Source of the DNA: an uncultured Gammaproteobacteria bacterium
GTDB lineage: Bacteria; Patescibacteriota; Patescibacteriia; Magasanikbacterales; UBA922
Reading direction: 5' to 3'
Assembly (NCBI GenBank): GCA_964612105.1
Contig: CAZTEU010000002.1
Span: 19,697 to 83,696, forward strand
DNA: 64,000 nt
Below the pieces are notes generated by a model, which was not told the DNA's origin, did not search any database, and worked only from the letters and a program-made list of their open reading frames with translations. Within the stretch, counting starts at the first letter, position 1; each line of letters opens with the position of its first letter. The translations under genes and the position numbers were made by a program. Positions 48,236-56,847 of the stretch are shown in pieces.

Positions 48236-49957
48236 CTAGAATATATCTATTGCACGTGTCATGTAGAAGAATGACTCAGCAACTGTTTTTAATGCGTTCA
48301 ATACCTGTGCGAGAGGTCCCTGTTCTGATACAGATGTTTGCCCATTGTGTTGTAAGAAGCTTGTTCCAGAGCAGTGACTTGAGTCTGAGTAGCAGGCATT
48401 GTTACACCAAGTGTATCCAGCTCCTGAACATTCTGATTCTGAGTAACATGAGTATGAATCTGTTGAACATGATCCATAATTGTTTGAACCCGCCTCGTAA
48501 CAACCGCTTGGACATCCAGAGCTGTCCCAAATACAACTATTTGGGCAGGTAGAGTAATTACAATCATATGAACCACCACCTGTGTTGAATCCGTTGTCTG
48601 GACAGGTTACAGAATAATCATAACTACAGTCAGAACAGCTATCACTATACTCACCAGGATCACAAGTGGTGTCATAATTACATGAACCTGATGTATAAGT
48701 ATTACATGTTCCATGCATCATACAGTATCCATTACACCAAGATAGCCCTGCGTTTGTACAGTCTGACTCATTATTATAGTCTCCGGGACCATAGGTGTCA
48801 CAATCTGCTGCACATGATTCTATAGTTTCTCCAGCCCCACACACTCCATCATGATTACACATTGTACCTCCAATATCACAACTTGTTGGACATGATGAGC
48901 TGTCCCACATACAACCGCCTGGACAAGCTGAGTAGTTACACGTGTTATTACCTCCACCTGTGTTAAACCCATTATCTGGGCAGGCTGTCGAATTAGTGTA
49001 ACTACAGTCAGAACAATCGGCGCTGGATTCATTACTATCACATGAACCATCATAATTACACTGTCCAGAAGAACACATACTTCCAGACGAAACACATGTA
49101 TTGGTATAAGTGCACCAGTAGAAATTAGACGAAGTACAATCTGCCTCATTATAACAGTTCGCAGAACTAGAACATGCTTGAGATACAGAACCTTCTTGTT
49201 TTTCTAAAGAATTTGATATGCGAATTGAGACTGCCTCTGCTGAGTCTTCAACCTCAATAAGTGTATTTGCAAAATCATCTACCGCCTCCTCTTTTGTTGT
49301 CCTCACCTGTGAAACTGCATCTTCTAAACGATCTACATTAACATCTGGATCCTCTATCTTTTGTCTCTCAATCTCTTTTAACATTCCATTACTGATATTA
49401 TCTAACATCTGCTGTCCTTTAAACTGCTTGTCTGTAAATTCATTCAAGTATATTTCAACAGCAATAGGATCCTCATCTTTTATTTCTTTTAGTTTTTTGG
49501 CACTTTTCGCAGCATTATCAAGCTTACCCTCAAAACGACTGACCATTCCTGGAGTTACATGATCGAAACCTTTTTCCTCTGCAAGCTGATGAATTTCAAA
49601 AAGATGTTGATTTGCATGTTTAAACTTAAGTTCCGCATCCTTGATTGGGTCTAGTGTCATTATCTCTTGCACGTTCTGTCCAAGGCGCTTAAAAAAATGA
49701 AATGGGCTGTCTGGTAAGATCCTAGCCTCTGTCGCTCCTAAATCATCTACAGTAACAAGCTCATCACGTAATACTTCTGGTGGAGGTGCGTCTCCATTAC
49801 CATTACCATTTTCCAAAACACTTTCTTCAGCAGAAATTGGTTCCGGAGTAGTCACAGTGTCAGCTTCAGAGGTCTGAGCAAACACAGGCACTGCTGTTAG
49901 TAATAAAAAAGTAGCAATCAGGATGCTACTAAACACTACCAAGCGAGCTCGAAACAT
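48236..49957 (-). CDS. secreted cysteine-rich protein with N-terminal DUF5667-like region and two tandem Cys-rich modules of about 120 aa
   Basis: Signal peptide MFRARLVVFSSILIATFLLLTAVPVFA/QT. Internal duplication: CSDCSYTNSTACPDNGFNTGGGNNTCNYSACPGGCMWDSSSCP versus CSDCSYDYSVTCPDNGFNTGGGSYDCNYSTCPNSCIWDSSGCP. Confidence 0.55.
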   Translation of the reverse strand: MFRARLVVFSSILIATFLLLTAVPVFAQTSEADTVTTPEPISAEESVLENGNGNGDAPPPEVLRDELVTVDDLGATEARILPDSPFHFFKRLGQNVQEIMTLDPIKDAELKFKHANQHLFEIHQLAEEKGFDHVTPGMVSRFEGKLDNAAKSAKKLKEIKDEDPIAVEIYLNEFTDKQFKGQQMLDNISNGMLKEIERQKIEDPDVNVDRLEDAVSQVRTTKEEAVDDFANTLIEVEDSAEAVSIRISNSLEKQEGSVSQACSSSANCYNEADCTSSNFYWCTYTNTCVSSGSMCSSGQCNYDGSCDSNESSADCSDCSYTNSTACPDNGFNTGGGNNTCNYSACPGGCMWDSSSCPTSCDIGGTMCNHDGVCGAGETIESCAADCDTYGPGDYNNESDCTNAGLSWCNGYCMMHGTCNTYTSGSCNYDTTCDPGEYSDSCSDCSYDYSVTCPDNGFNTGGGSYDCNYSTCPNSCIWDSSGCPSGCYEAGSNNYGSCSTDSYSCYSESECSGAGYTWCNNACYSDSSHCSGTSFLQHNGQTSVSEQGPLAQVLNALKTVAESFFYMTRAIDIF

Positions 49958-50190
49958 TCTGCAAACTGACCAAGTAGCAGAATTGTTGTTCTTACAAAAA
50001 GAAATCATACGCATCTTTTAGATGAATTTTATATTTATAATGTAATTATAGCAAAAAAAAGACTAAAATGATTATAAATTAACTTATTTATCCACAAGTA
50101 AATTACTTTTCTTGTTTTGTATTTTATTTCACAGTTTTACACAATAACATTCAGGATGATATAATCGTTTCATAATATAACAATACAGAT

Positions 50191-50715
50191 ATGAAAAATC
50201 TTTTTTCCTTAGTATTATTAGCTCTTCTAATACTACCTGGATGTGGCTCATCAATCGTTGGCGAAAAAATGTCTTCTGGACATGACTCATGGTTGCTATA
50301 TACAAATGAATCAGAAGGTTTTGCTATCCCCTACTTAGACAGCTGGTATGTGCAAGAATATGAGGTTCCGGCAGGTGTACCTTTTGCAATGATAGGTTTT
50401 GATAGAGACCCAATCGCCCACACAGCACCACAAAAAGAAGATAATGGTAGGGTAGTTGTACAGGTATACACTGGGGCATATATGGACAAACTTGGAGAAA
50501 AACAAAAGGATAAGCCTGGATACACAAGTGAGGAAAAAGTTTTTGGTGATTCTACGGGTGTAGAAATATCCATTGATACAACAAACCAAGGTAAGCAGTT
50601 TATGACATCTGTAGAAAAGAATGGAAAGACATTTATAGTCTCAACTGATGAATTAATTGACGAAGAAGATATAAATACATATAAAAAGATGGTGGAAGGA
50701 CTAAGCTTAGACTAA
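50191..50715 (+). CDS. hypothetical lipoprotein
   Basis: Lipobox LLILPGC in MKNLFSLVLLALLILPGCGSS. Confidence 0.6.
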   Translation: MKNLFSLVLLALLILPGCGSSIVGEKMSSGHDSWLLYTNESEGFAIPYLDSWYVQEYEVPAGVPFAMIGFDRDPIAHTAPQKEDNGRVVVQVYTGAYMDKLGEKQKDKPGYTSEEKVFGDSTGVEISIDTTNQGKQFMTSVEKNGKTFIVSTDELIDEEDINTYKKMVEGLSLD

Positions 50716-50728
50716 AAATAAACAAAAA

Positions 50729-50754
50729 AACCACCCATACTAGGGTGGTTTTTA
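50729..50754 (+). terminator. rho-independent terminator
   Basis: CCACCC-atacta-GGGTGG then TTTTT. Confidence 0.7.
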
Positions 50755-50767
50755 ATATACTACATTA

Positions 50768-51193
50768 TTACTGTCTTGGTCTCCAGATTATTAGCGTAGT
50801 AATCGCTCCTAGGAGCCCAAAAAACAAATCCTTCATTGTGTCCGCCAAACCTTCTTGCATATATGTTCCAAGATAGTAGTCAGAAAGAAACTCATGCCAT
50901 TCCCAAACAATTGTAATAAGCCCAACAAAACTCACAATACAAAAAAACCACAGAACATCCGGCTTAATCTTCCAATGAAGGCTTTTAGAATATACATTCC
51001 ATATTTTGACTATGGCCCAAGTAGCAACACTTCCACCCACAAAATGCAGAAGAACATCAATTCTTGGGAAAGATTCATACATCCCTTTTCTCCAAATATA
51101 GATATTAACCAAATAAATAACTACTAATGGCAATAAAATCAGAAATGTTTTTTTTATTCTTTTCCTCATAATTATTTGTTTGGAATTGCGCAA
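50768..51193 (-). CDS. hypothetical membrane protein
   Basis: 141 aa, 4 TM helices. Confidence 0.4.
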   Translation of the reverse strand: MRNSKQIIMRKRIKKTFLILLPLVVIYLVNIYIWRKGMYESFPRIDVLLHFVGGSVATWAIVKIWNVYSKSLHWKIKPDVLWFFCIVSFVGLITIVWEWHEFLSDYYLGTYMQEGLADTMKDLFFGLLGAITTLIIWRPRQ

Positions 51194-51723
51194 GAACTTG
51201 GATTGGCAATTTTCTCACATATAATATAGATTGAAACCAGCAATAAGAGAATACCAATAATCCCAAACTCTGCGCCATGGAGTGGTAATTTCGTTGTAAT
51301 GAATGTCGTAGTGGAAAGCCCAAACACAGAAGTGATAAGTATTGAACCGCATGCAGAACAACCAATACCAAAAATACCACTTACGATGCCAAAAATACCT
51401 AACCCAGACGCACGTCCTAGTTTTATTTTACTGCGCACGTAATATGTAACTATGGACACATTTATCCCTGCCAGAATGGAAATTATTATTGTTGAAATTT
51501 GTGAGGACAGTGTAAAACCTGATTTAAAATACTCTATAGATGTCCAAAACAACATGGCTTTTTCTAGTAAGCTATGTTTTTCAGATCCGATTACATATCC
51601 AAGGAAGGAGTAGTTTGCGAGAAATATAGCTGAAAGAAAGAAAACCAAAAAAACAACAACAGACAATACTACATAGGTAGGCTTAGTCATTATGTCTTTC
51701 CAACATTTTTTTACTGCTTTCAT
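51172..51723 (-). CDS. hypothetical membrane protein
   Basis: 183 aa, about 5 TM helices. Confidence 0.4.
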   Translation of the reverse strand: MKAVKKCWKDIMTKPTYVVLSVVVFLVFFLSAIFLANYSFLGYVIGSEKHSLLEKAMLFWTSIEYFKSGFTLSSQISTIIISILAGINVSIVTYYVRSKIKLGRASGLGIFGIVSGIFGIGCSACGSILITSVFGLSTTTFITTKLPLHGAEFGIIGILLLLVSIYIICEKIANPSSCAIPNK

Positions 51724-51763
51724 AAGATATTTATCTTATCAAGAATAACAATGCATGTAAATT

Positions 51764-51790
51764 AAAAAACCCCCGTTGTGGGGGTTTTTT
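51764..51790. terminator. bidirectional rho-independent terminator after the glutamine synthetase gene
   Basis: A6-CCCCC-gttgt-GGGGG-T6. Confidence 0.75.
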
Positions 51791-51796
51791 CTCATT

Positions 51797-52813
51797 CTAT
51801 ACCTTACTACATGTTGTTTTAATTAGTGCTGCGCAAACCTCATATGGATCCATATTTGCAGCTGGCCTACGATCCTCCAAATATCCTTTTCTGTTATTTG
51901 CAGTTTCCATTGGTATGCGAATAGAAGCCCCCCTATCGCTTACTCCATACCGAAAATCGTGAATGCTGCATGTTTCATGCAATCCAGTTAGACGTTCCAC
52001 ATTATAAGCACCATATATTTTCATGTGTTCCTCATGTTTTTCTCTTAGCTTTTCACAAGCTTCGTTTATTACATCCAAACCACCTTCTGCTCTCATCCTC
52101 TTTGTAGAAAAGTTTGTATGCGCACCTGCACCATTCCAATCACCTTTTACCGGTTTTGGATGAAGTGTTGCACTTACTCCAAAATCTTCTGATATGCGAT
52201 ATAGCAACCAACGAGATAGCCAAAGCTGATCAGCAACCTCTAATGGATCAAGTGGACCCACCTGAAACTCCCACTGCCCTGGCATTACCTCAGCGTTTAC
52301 CCCAGAGATAGAAAACCCCGCCTTAAGACAAGCTTCTAGATGAGCTTCTACAATCTTACGTCCAAATACTTCATCAGCCCCAACTCCACAATAATATCCT
52401 CCTTGCGGAGCAGGAAAACCTCTATCTGGCCACCCAAGAGGTTTTAATCCATCATAAAAAGTGTACTCCTGCTCTATTCCAAACCATGCTTCCTCATCTT
52501 TATACATATTAGCAACCTCACAAAGCTCCGCACGAGTGTTGCTTTTATGAGGAGTTCCATCTGGGTTTAGAACCTCACACAGGACAAGTATATTATCTCC
52601 CCCTCTGATTGGATCCTTGAAGAAAGAAGCTGGTTTTAGCATGCAATCACTATTTTCTCCTTCTGCCTGCTTGGTGCTGGAACCATCAAAACCCCAGAAT
52701 GGTATGTCTTCTAAAAGTCTTATATGTTCATGTATTATCTTTGTCTTGGTCCTCAATTTTGCTACTGGTGTTTGTCCATCTATCCAAATGTACTGGGCTT
52801 TAATTTTTGCCAT
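51797..52813 (-). CDS. glnII: glutamine synthetase, type II (eukaryote-like GSII)
   Basis: 338 aa. Matches eukaryotic GS along its length: AQYIWIDG...LRTKTK, FDGSSTKQAEGENSD, WFGIEQEYT, GPYYCGVGAD, NAEVMPGQWEFQVGP, NWNGAGAHTNFSTK, ASIRIP, KGYLEDRRPAAN. Confidence 0.85.
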   Translation of the reverse strand: MAKIKAQYIWIDGQTPVAKLRTKTKIIHEHIRLLEDIPFWGFDGSSTKQAEGENSDCMLKPASFFKDPIRGGDNILVLCEVLNPDGTPHKSNTRAELCEVANMYKDEEAWFGIEQEYTFYDGLKPLGWPDRGFPAPQGGYYCGVGADEVFGRKIVEAHLEACLKAGFSISGVNAEVMPGQWEFQVGPLDPLEVADQLWLSRWLLYRISEDFGVSATLHPKPVKGDWNGAGAHTNFSTKRMRAEGGLDVINEACEKLREKHEEHMKIYGAYNVERLTGLHETCSIHDFRYGVSDRGASIRIPMETANNRKGYLEDRRPAANMDPYEVCAALIKTTCSKV

Positions 52814-52905
52814 ATTGATTTATAAAAAATAAAAATAAGCGTGACAGGCTTTTTTCATATATATTTTATCAAACTGAGTTTTATTTGCAAAGAGGCACTT
52901 GTTCC

Positions 52906-55275
52906 CTACCTTTTTTTCTTCAGAACTGGGTGTTGCCCAAATCTACCCCTTAGTGCAGATACTATTTTACCAGCATAGCTGGGGTGTGTTTGTGAATATA
53001 GTCTAAATTTAAACGCTTCGTGAATAACCTTATCCCTAACTTTCATTTCATGTGCTGTTTTTACTGTCCATTGACCTTCTCCAGAGTGGTGAACCTTTCC
53101 ACTAATTGGTTTTAGATCCTCTCCATATAATGTAAATGCTTCGCGGAGCCATGTAATAAGATGAGACTCTATTACGCTACCATTATCGTACACATCAGCA
53201 ATCCTACCTAAATCCAATTTATATTTTGATTTCTTCATAATCTCAAAACCTTCACCTATTGCTTGCATCATTCCATATTCTATTCCATTATGAACCATTT
53301 TTACAAAATGTCCCGCTCCTATGCCTTCAAAAAACTCATACCCATCCTTCTGTGACATATCTCTAAAAATAGGCTCTACTGTTTTATACAAAGCCTTAGA
53401 ACCACCAATCATTACGCATGCTCCATTTCTTGCCCCAGCTGGACCTCCAGACACTCCTGCATCTAGAAATCTAATCCCATATTTTTTAAGTTTTTTTGCT
53501 CGTGAAATTGTGTCTTTATAATATGAATTACCTCCATCTATCACTATATCTCCTTTTTCTAAGTACTTTGTGAGCCCTTCTTCTCCGAACATGGTTTCAT
53601 CTACTGGCTTTCCTGCAGGAACCATAATCCACACAATTCTTGGTGTTTTAAGTTTTTTAACAAGTTCTTTTATAGAATAAGCCCCCACCATCCCCTCTTC
53701 CACAAGCTTCTTTGTTTCATCCTCTGATCTGTTATATCCAACCATCTTCCAATTCTGCTCCATTAACTTGCGTGCTATTCCACCTCCCATACGCCCAAGT
53801 CCAATTATACCCACCTGCTTCTTTAGCTCACCATAAGTTTTTTCTAATTTCTTTTCTGCCTTTTCACTAATTTTATTTGTATTCTTTTTATATGTAAGTA
53901 AAGGGGTTAGGTTTTTCTTCCATGCAAGAACGTATGGGTCTATAGCTCTCCACATTGCAGAAACCTCCTGCTTATTAATAAACCATGTCTGATCACCTGC
54001 AATACAGGCATTAATTAATTTTGCATATTCTTCTGTATACTGCCTCTTCTCCTTTTTCTTATAAAGAAAGAAATCAAATTCTCTTTTTTGCATTGCAGAG
54101 ACAAAGCCTGGTTTCTTTGCTATAAATGACACACGTATGCTTTCATCTGGAGCAATTGTAAGTATCACCTGATTGTTTGAGTGTTTGTCAGCTGGACACA
54201 GGCACGGCACAGAGTGTTTAAATGTAACAATTATATCCTTCCTAGCTTTCCCCATTCTCTTTCCCGCTTCTATTGTAATTGGCACTCCTCCCCACCTAGG
54301 TGAATCTATTTCTGTACGTAATTTAAAGTAGGTCTCCACTTTCGATTTCTTATTCACCCCCTCTATTTTATTATATCCAGCATATTGAGCCCTATAACTT
54401 TTTCTTCCTGCCTGCTGTATTGTTGGTTTTTGTAGCCTTTTAAGAACAGTAGCACGAGCTCTGCGTATTCCATCAGCATCCATCGATGGAGGAAAATCCA
54501 TTGTAAGAAGCGCAACCATAGAAAGCATATGATTTTGCCCAACATCTCTTAATGCACCAACAGTTTCATAGAATGAGCCTCTGTCCTCTGCTCCAATCTC
54601 CTCCCACAGTTTCATTTCTATACTTTCTATATTTTTATTATTCCAAGAATGTTCAAAAAGATTATTTGAAAAACGGAAATTCATTATCCCTTGTACCATT
54701 TCTTTTCCTAGATAATGATCTATGCGGTATATTTGTTCTTCCCTAAAACAAGAAAGTGTTTTCTCTAATGCTAGTGCTGTCCTTGCGTTACTACCAAATG
54801 GTTTCTCTATAATAATACGTGACCACCCTTCATCCCCTCCACAAGGTTCTGCTAATTTAGAACGCTTAAGATTATTTACAATTGGTTGTATGAACTTAGG
54901 AGGTACAGCAAGATAAAAGATTTTGTTAGAGCAGGTCTTCCATTCATCATCCACACGACCAAAGTGTTCTGCTAATTTTACAAACGTTTTGTATTCTGTA
55001 AAAGAACCTTTCTGAAAATGAAAAAGTTGGAGGAATTTTTCTGCAGATTTCCTAGATTTTACTATTCTTTTCTCTTTTAATATTTCAAAAACATGATTAC
55101 GAAAATCTTCATCTGTCATCTTTCTGCGAGAAAAACCTAATACCCTAAAAAACTTTGGCAATTTTTTTTCTGTAAACAAAAAATGTAGTGATGGAACAAT
55201 TTTCTTAGTCATTAAATCACCAGTTGCGCCGAACACTACAAATACAGTTGGAAGATTGTTGACAGGCTTAAGCAT
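52906..55275 (-). CDS. bifunctional glucose-6-phosphate dehydrogenase / 6-phosphogluconate dehydrogenase fusion (Zwf-Gnd)
   Basis: 789-aa single ORF. Residues 1 to about 485 carry the G6PD NADP-binding motif (GATGDLMTKK) and active site (RIDHYLGKE). Residues about 490-789 carry the 6PGDH dinucleotide fold (GIIGLGRMGGGIA) and the 6PGDH signature (GAGHFVKMVHNGIEYG). Confidence 0.75.
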   Translation of the reverse strand: MLKPVNNLPTVFVVFGATGDLMTKKIVPSLHFLFTEKKLPKFFRVLGFSRRKMTDEDFRNHVFEILKEKRIVKSRKSAEKFLQLFHFQKGSFTEYKTFVKLAEHFGRVDDEWKTCSNKIFYLAVPPKFIQPIVNNLKRSKLAEPCGGDEGWSRIIIEKPFGSNARTALALEKTLSCFREEQIYRIDHYLGKEMVQGIMNFRFSNNLFEHSWNNKNIESIEMKLWEEIGAEDRGSFYETVGALRDVGQNHMLSMVALLTMDFPPSMDADGIRRARATVLKRLQKPTIQQAGRKSYRAQYAGYNKIEGVNKKSKVETYFKLRTEIDSPRWGGVPITIEAGKRMGKARKDIIVTFKHSVPCLCPADKHSNNQVILTIAPDESIRVSFIAKKPGFVSAMQKREFDFFLYKKKEKRQYTEEYAKLINACIAGDQTWFINKQEVSAMWRAIDPYVLAWKKNLTPLLTYKKNTNKISEKAEKKLEKTYGELKKQVGIIGLGRMGGGIARKLMEQNWKMVGYNRSEDETKKLVEEGMVGAYSIKELVKKLKTPRIVWIMVPAGKPVDETMFGEEGLTKYLEKGDIVIDGGNSYYKDTISRAKKLKKYGIRFLDAGVSGGPAGARNGACVMIGGSKALYKTVEPIFRDMSQKDGYEFFEGIGAGHFVKMVHNGIEYGMMQAIGEGFEIMKKSKYKLDLGRIADVYDNGSVIESHLITWLREAFTLYGEDLKPISGKVHHSGEGQWTVKTAHEMKVRDKVIHEAFKFRLYSQTHPSYAGKIVSALRGRFGQHPVLKKKR

Positions 55276-55378
55276 AAATAGTAAATATCAGCCTTAATTA
55301 TACATTATTGACAGCTTTAATTAAACTTGTTAGTGTTTGTGTGCAATCGCTCGTGTACACATGCCAAGCAGGAGGATA

Positions 55379-55581
55379 TTGTGAGTACACAGTTAGAAAA
55401 AGAGATGAGGGCCCGTGAGCAACAGAGGATCAACATGCGAATCCGTAAGCGACTTGCCGACCAACAGAAGAGAGAGAAGCCCGGTGCTCATCGGCGAGAA
55501 GGCATCGGTGGGTCGTTCTTCTCGATACACCCGCGAGGATGTGCTTGCTGGGGATGTGACCACGGCATCATTATTTTCTGA
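55379..55581 (+). CDS. hypothetical small protein in GC-rich cassette 2 (GTG start)
   Basis: GGAGGA Shine-Dalgarno 8 nt upstream of the GTG start; GC-rich codons; 67 aa. Confidence 0.3.
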
Positions 55582-55629
55582 ACAGAAACCCGGGTGCTAG
55601 AATTGCCCGAAACCACAAAGGAGGAAAAG

Positions 55630-55962
55630 ATGGGTAAAGGACATTCAAGCAACAAGATGCGACAACGAAGTAGGCGTCGCAAGATGAAGAACCGTGTGGC
55701 TCGACACGCGGACGACATCAAGAGGTGGCGCAAGCTCTTCCAGAACGCCAAGGTCAGCGGGGATACTCTGCCACTTCGTCCGTGGGCGAAGCGCTGCCTT
55801 GATGGTGGCGGTGAGCTTGTGAAGCCTCCGGCGTCCTGGACATGCATGGCAAAGGTGCGTGGATACGACTATCGAGGTCGATCTGTGATCGAGACATGTC
55901 TCGCAGAGAACAACGGACGACGAGAGAAGTGCAGAAAATGCAAAGCCAACCGACCCAAGTAG
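55630..55962 (+). CDS. hypothetical basic Cys-containing protein in GC-rich cassette 2 (110 aa)
   Basis: AAGGAGG Shine-Dalgarno 6 nt upstream of the ATG; about 65% GC3; N-terminus rich in Arg/Lys; Cys cluster EKCRKCK. Confidence 0.45.
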   Translation: MGKGHSSNKMRQRSRRRKMKNRVARHADDIKRWRKLFQNAKVSGDTLPLRPWAKRCLDGGGELVKPPASWTCMAKVRGYDYRGRSVIETCLAENNGRREKCRKCKANRPK

Positions 55963-55982
55963 ACGACATCAAGGGGAACAAG

Positions 55983-56022
55983 CCTCCGCAGTGAACCTTC
56001 ACTCCGGAGGTTCATTGTTTTT
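55983..56022 (+). terminator. long GC-rich hairpin terminator ending cassette 2
   Basis: CCTCCGCAGTGAA-cc-TTCACTCCGGAGG followed by TTCATTGTTTTT. Confidence 0.6.
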
Positions 56023-56077
56023 ATAAGGTAAAATTAATTCACTTGCTAGTTTCATCATTTGATAAACTAGTAAATCA

Positions 56078-56097
56078 TAAAACACCTTTATAGGTGC
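56078..56097 (-). terminator. hairpin terminator of the cyclophilin gene
   Basis: Minus-strand CACCT-ataa-AGGTG followed by TTTTATG. Confidence 0.35.
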
Positions 56098-56117
56098 TTT
56101 ATGATTTGTCTGGTTTT

Positions 56118-56741
56118 TTACTTTAATTCTATACTTTCAATCACAATAGGATCAACAGGAACATCTCTTGCTCCAGTTTGGGCGCTTTCCATTTTCTCAA
56201 CAACATCCATTCCAGCAACAACATATCCAAAGTTTGTATGATGTCCATCTAGCCATGGAGTTGCATCTGCTGTAACAATGAAAAATTGAGAACCGTTTGT
56301 GTTTGGTCCAGAGTTTGCCATAGCCAAACTCCCACGAACAAGTTTATTAGAATTAAACTCATCATCAAACTTATAGCCAGGACCACCTGTACCCCACGTC
56401 ATGGTATTATCTCCCTTACTATTTGGATCACCACCTTGAATCATGAAGTCAGCAATTATACGATGAAACTTTGTTTCATTATAGAAACCATCTTCTGCAA
56501 GTTTTAGGAAGTTTTCTACTGTCTTTGGTGAGTCTGCTCCATAAAACTCAACTGTAATATCCCCCATGTTTGTCTTAAGCGTTGCTTGCTTATATTTTTC
56601 TACTAATGTACTTTCCACATTTTTTTGATTATCTAAATTAATATCTTTTTTAGTTTCCTGTGTAGCAGGTGCTGTACAGCCCGCACCCAACAAAACCACC
56701 GCTAGGGTTACAATTCCCCATCCCTTAAACTTGTGTTTCAT
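56118..56741 (-). CDS. ppiB: cyclophilin-type peptidyl-prolyl cis-trans isomerase, lipoprotein
   Basis: Lipobox LLGAGC; cyclophilin motifs FHRIIADFMIQGGD and NGSQFFIV. Confidence 0.85.
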   Translation of the reverse strand: MKHKFKGWGIVTLAVVLLGAGCTAPATQETKKDINLDNQKNVESTLVEKYKQATLKTNMGDITVEFYGADSPKTVENFLKLAEDGFYNETKFHRIIADFMIQGGDPNSKGDNTMTWGTGGPGYKFDDEFNSNKLVRGSLAMANSGPNTNGSQFFIVTADATPWLDGHHTNFGYVVAGMDVVEKMESAQTGARDVPVDPIVIESIELK

Positions 56742-56847
56742 ATGTTTTTATTAAAATGTATTTTAGTGCCTTATGATGTTACCAGAAAAGTTATTTTTTC
56801 TCAATACCAACCAAAAACACCTCTTTGTGAGGTGTTTTTAATTTCTT

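Noticed and set aside
55488-56002. Minus-strand ORFs 55488..55847 and 55754..56002 in cassette 2
   Set aside because: There is no Shine-Dalgarno for them. They run antisense to the two plus ORFs that do have strong ribosome-binding sites. The terminator hairpin plus T-tract is oriented for the plus strand.
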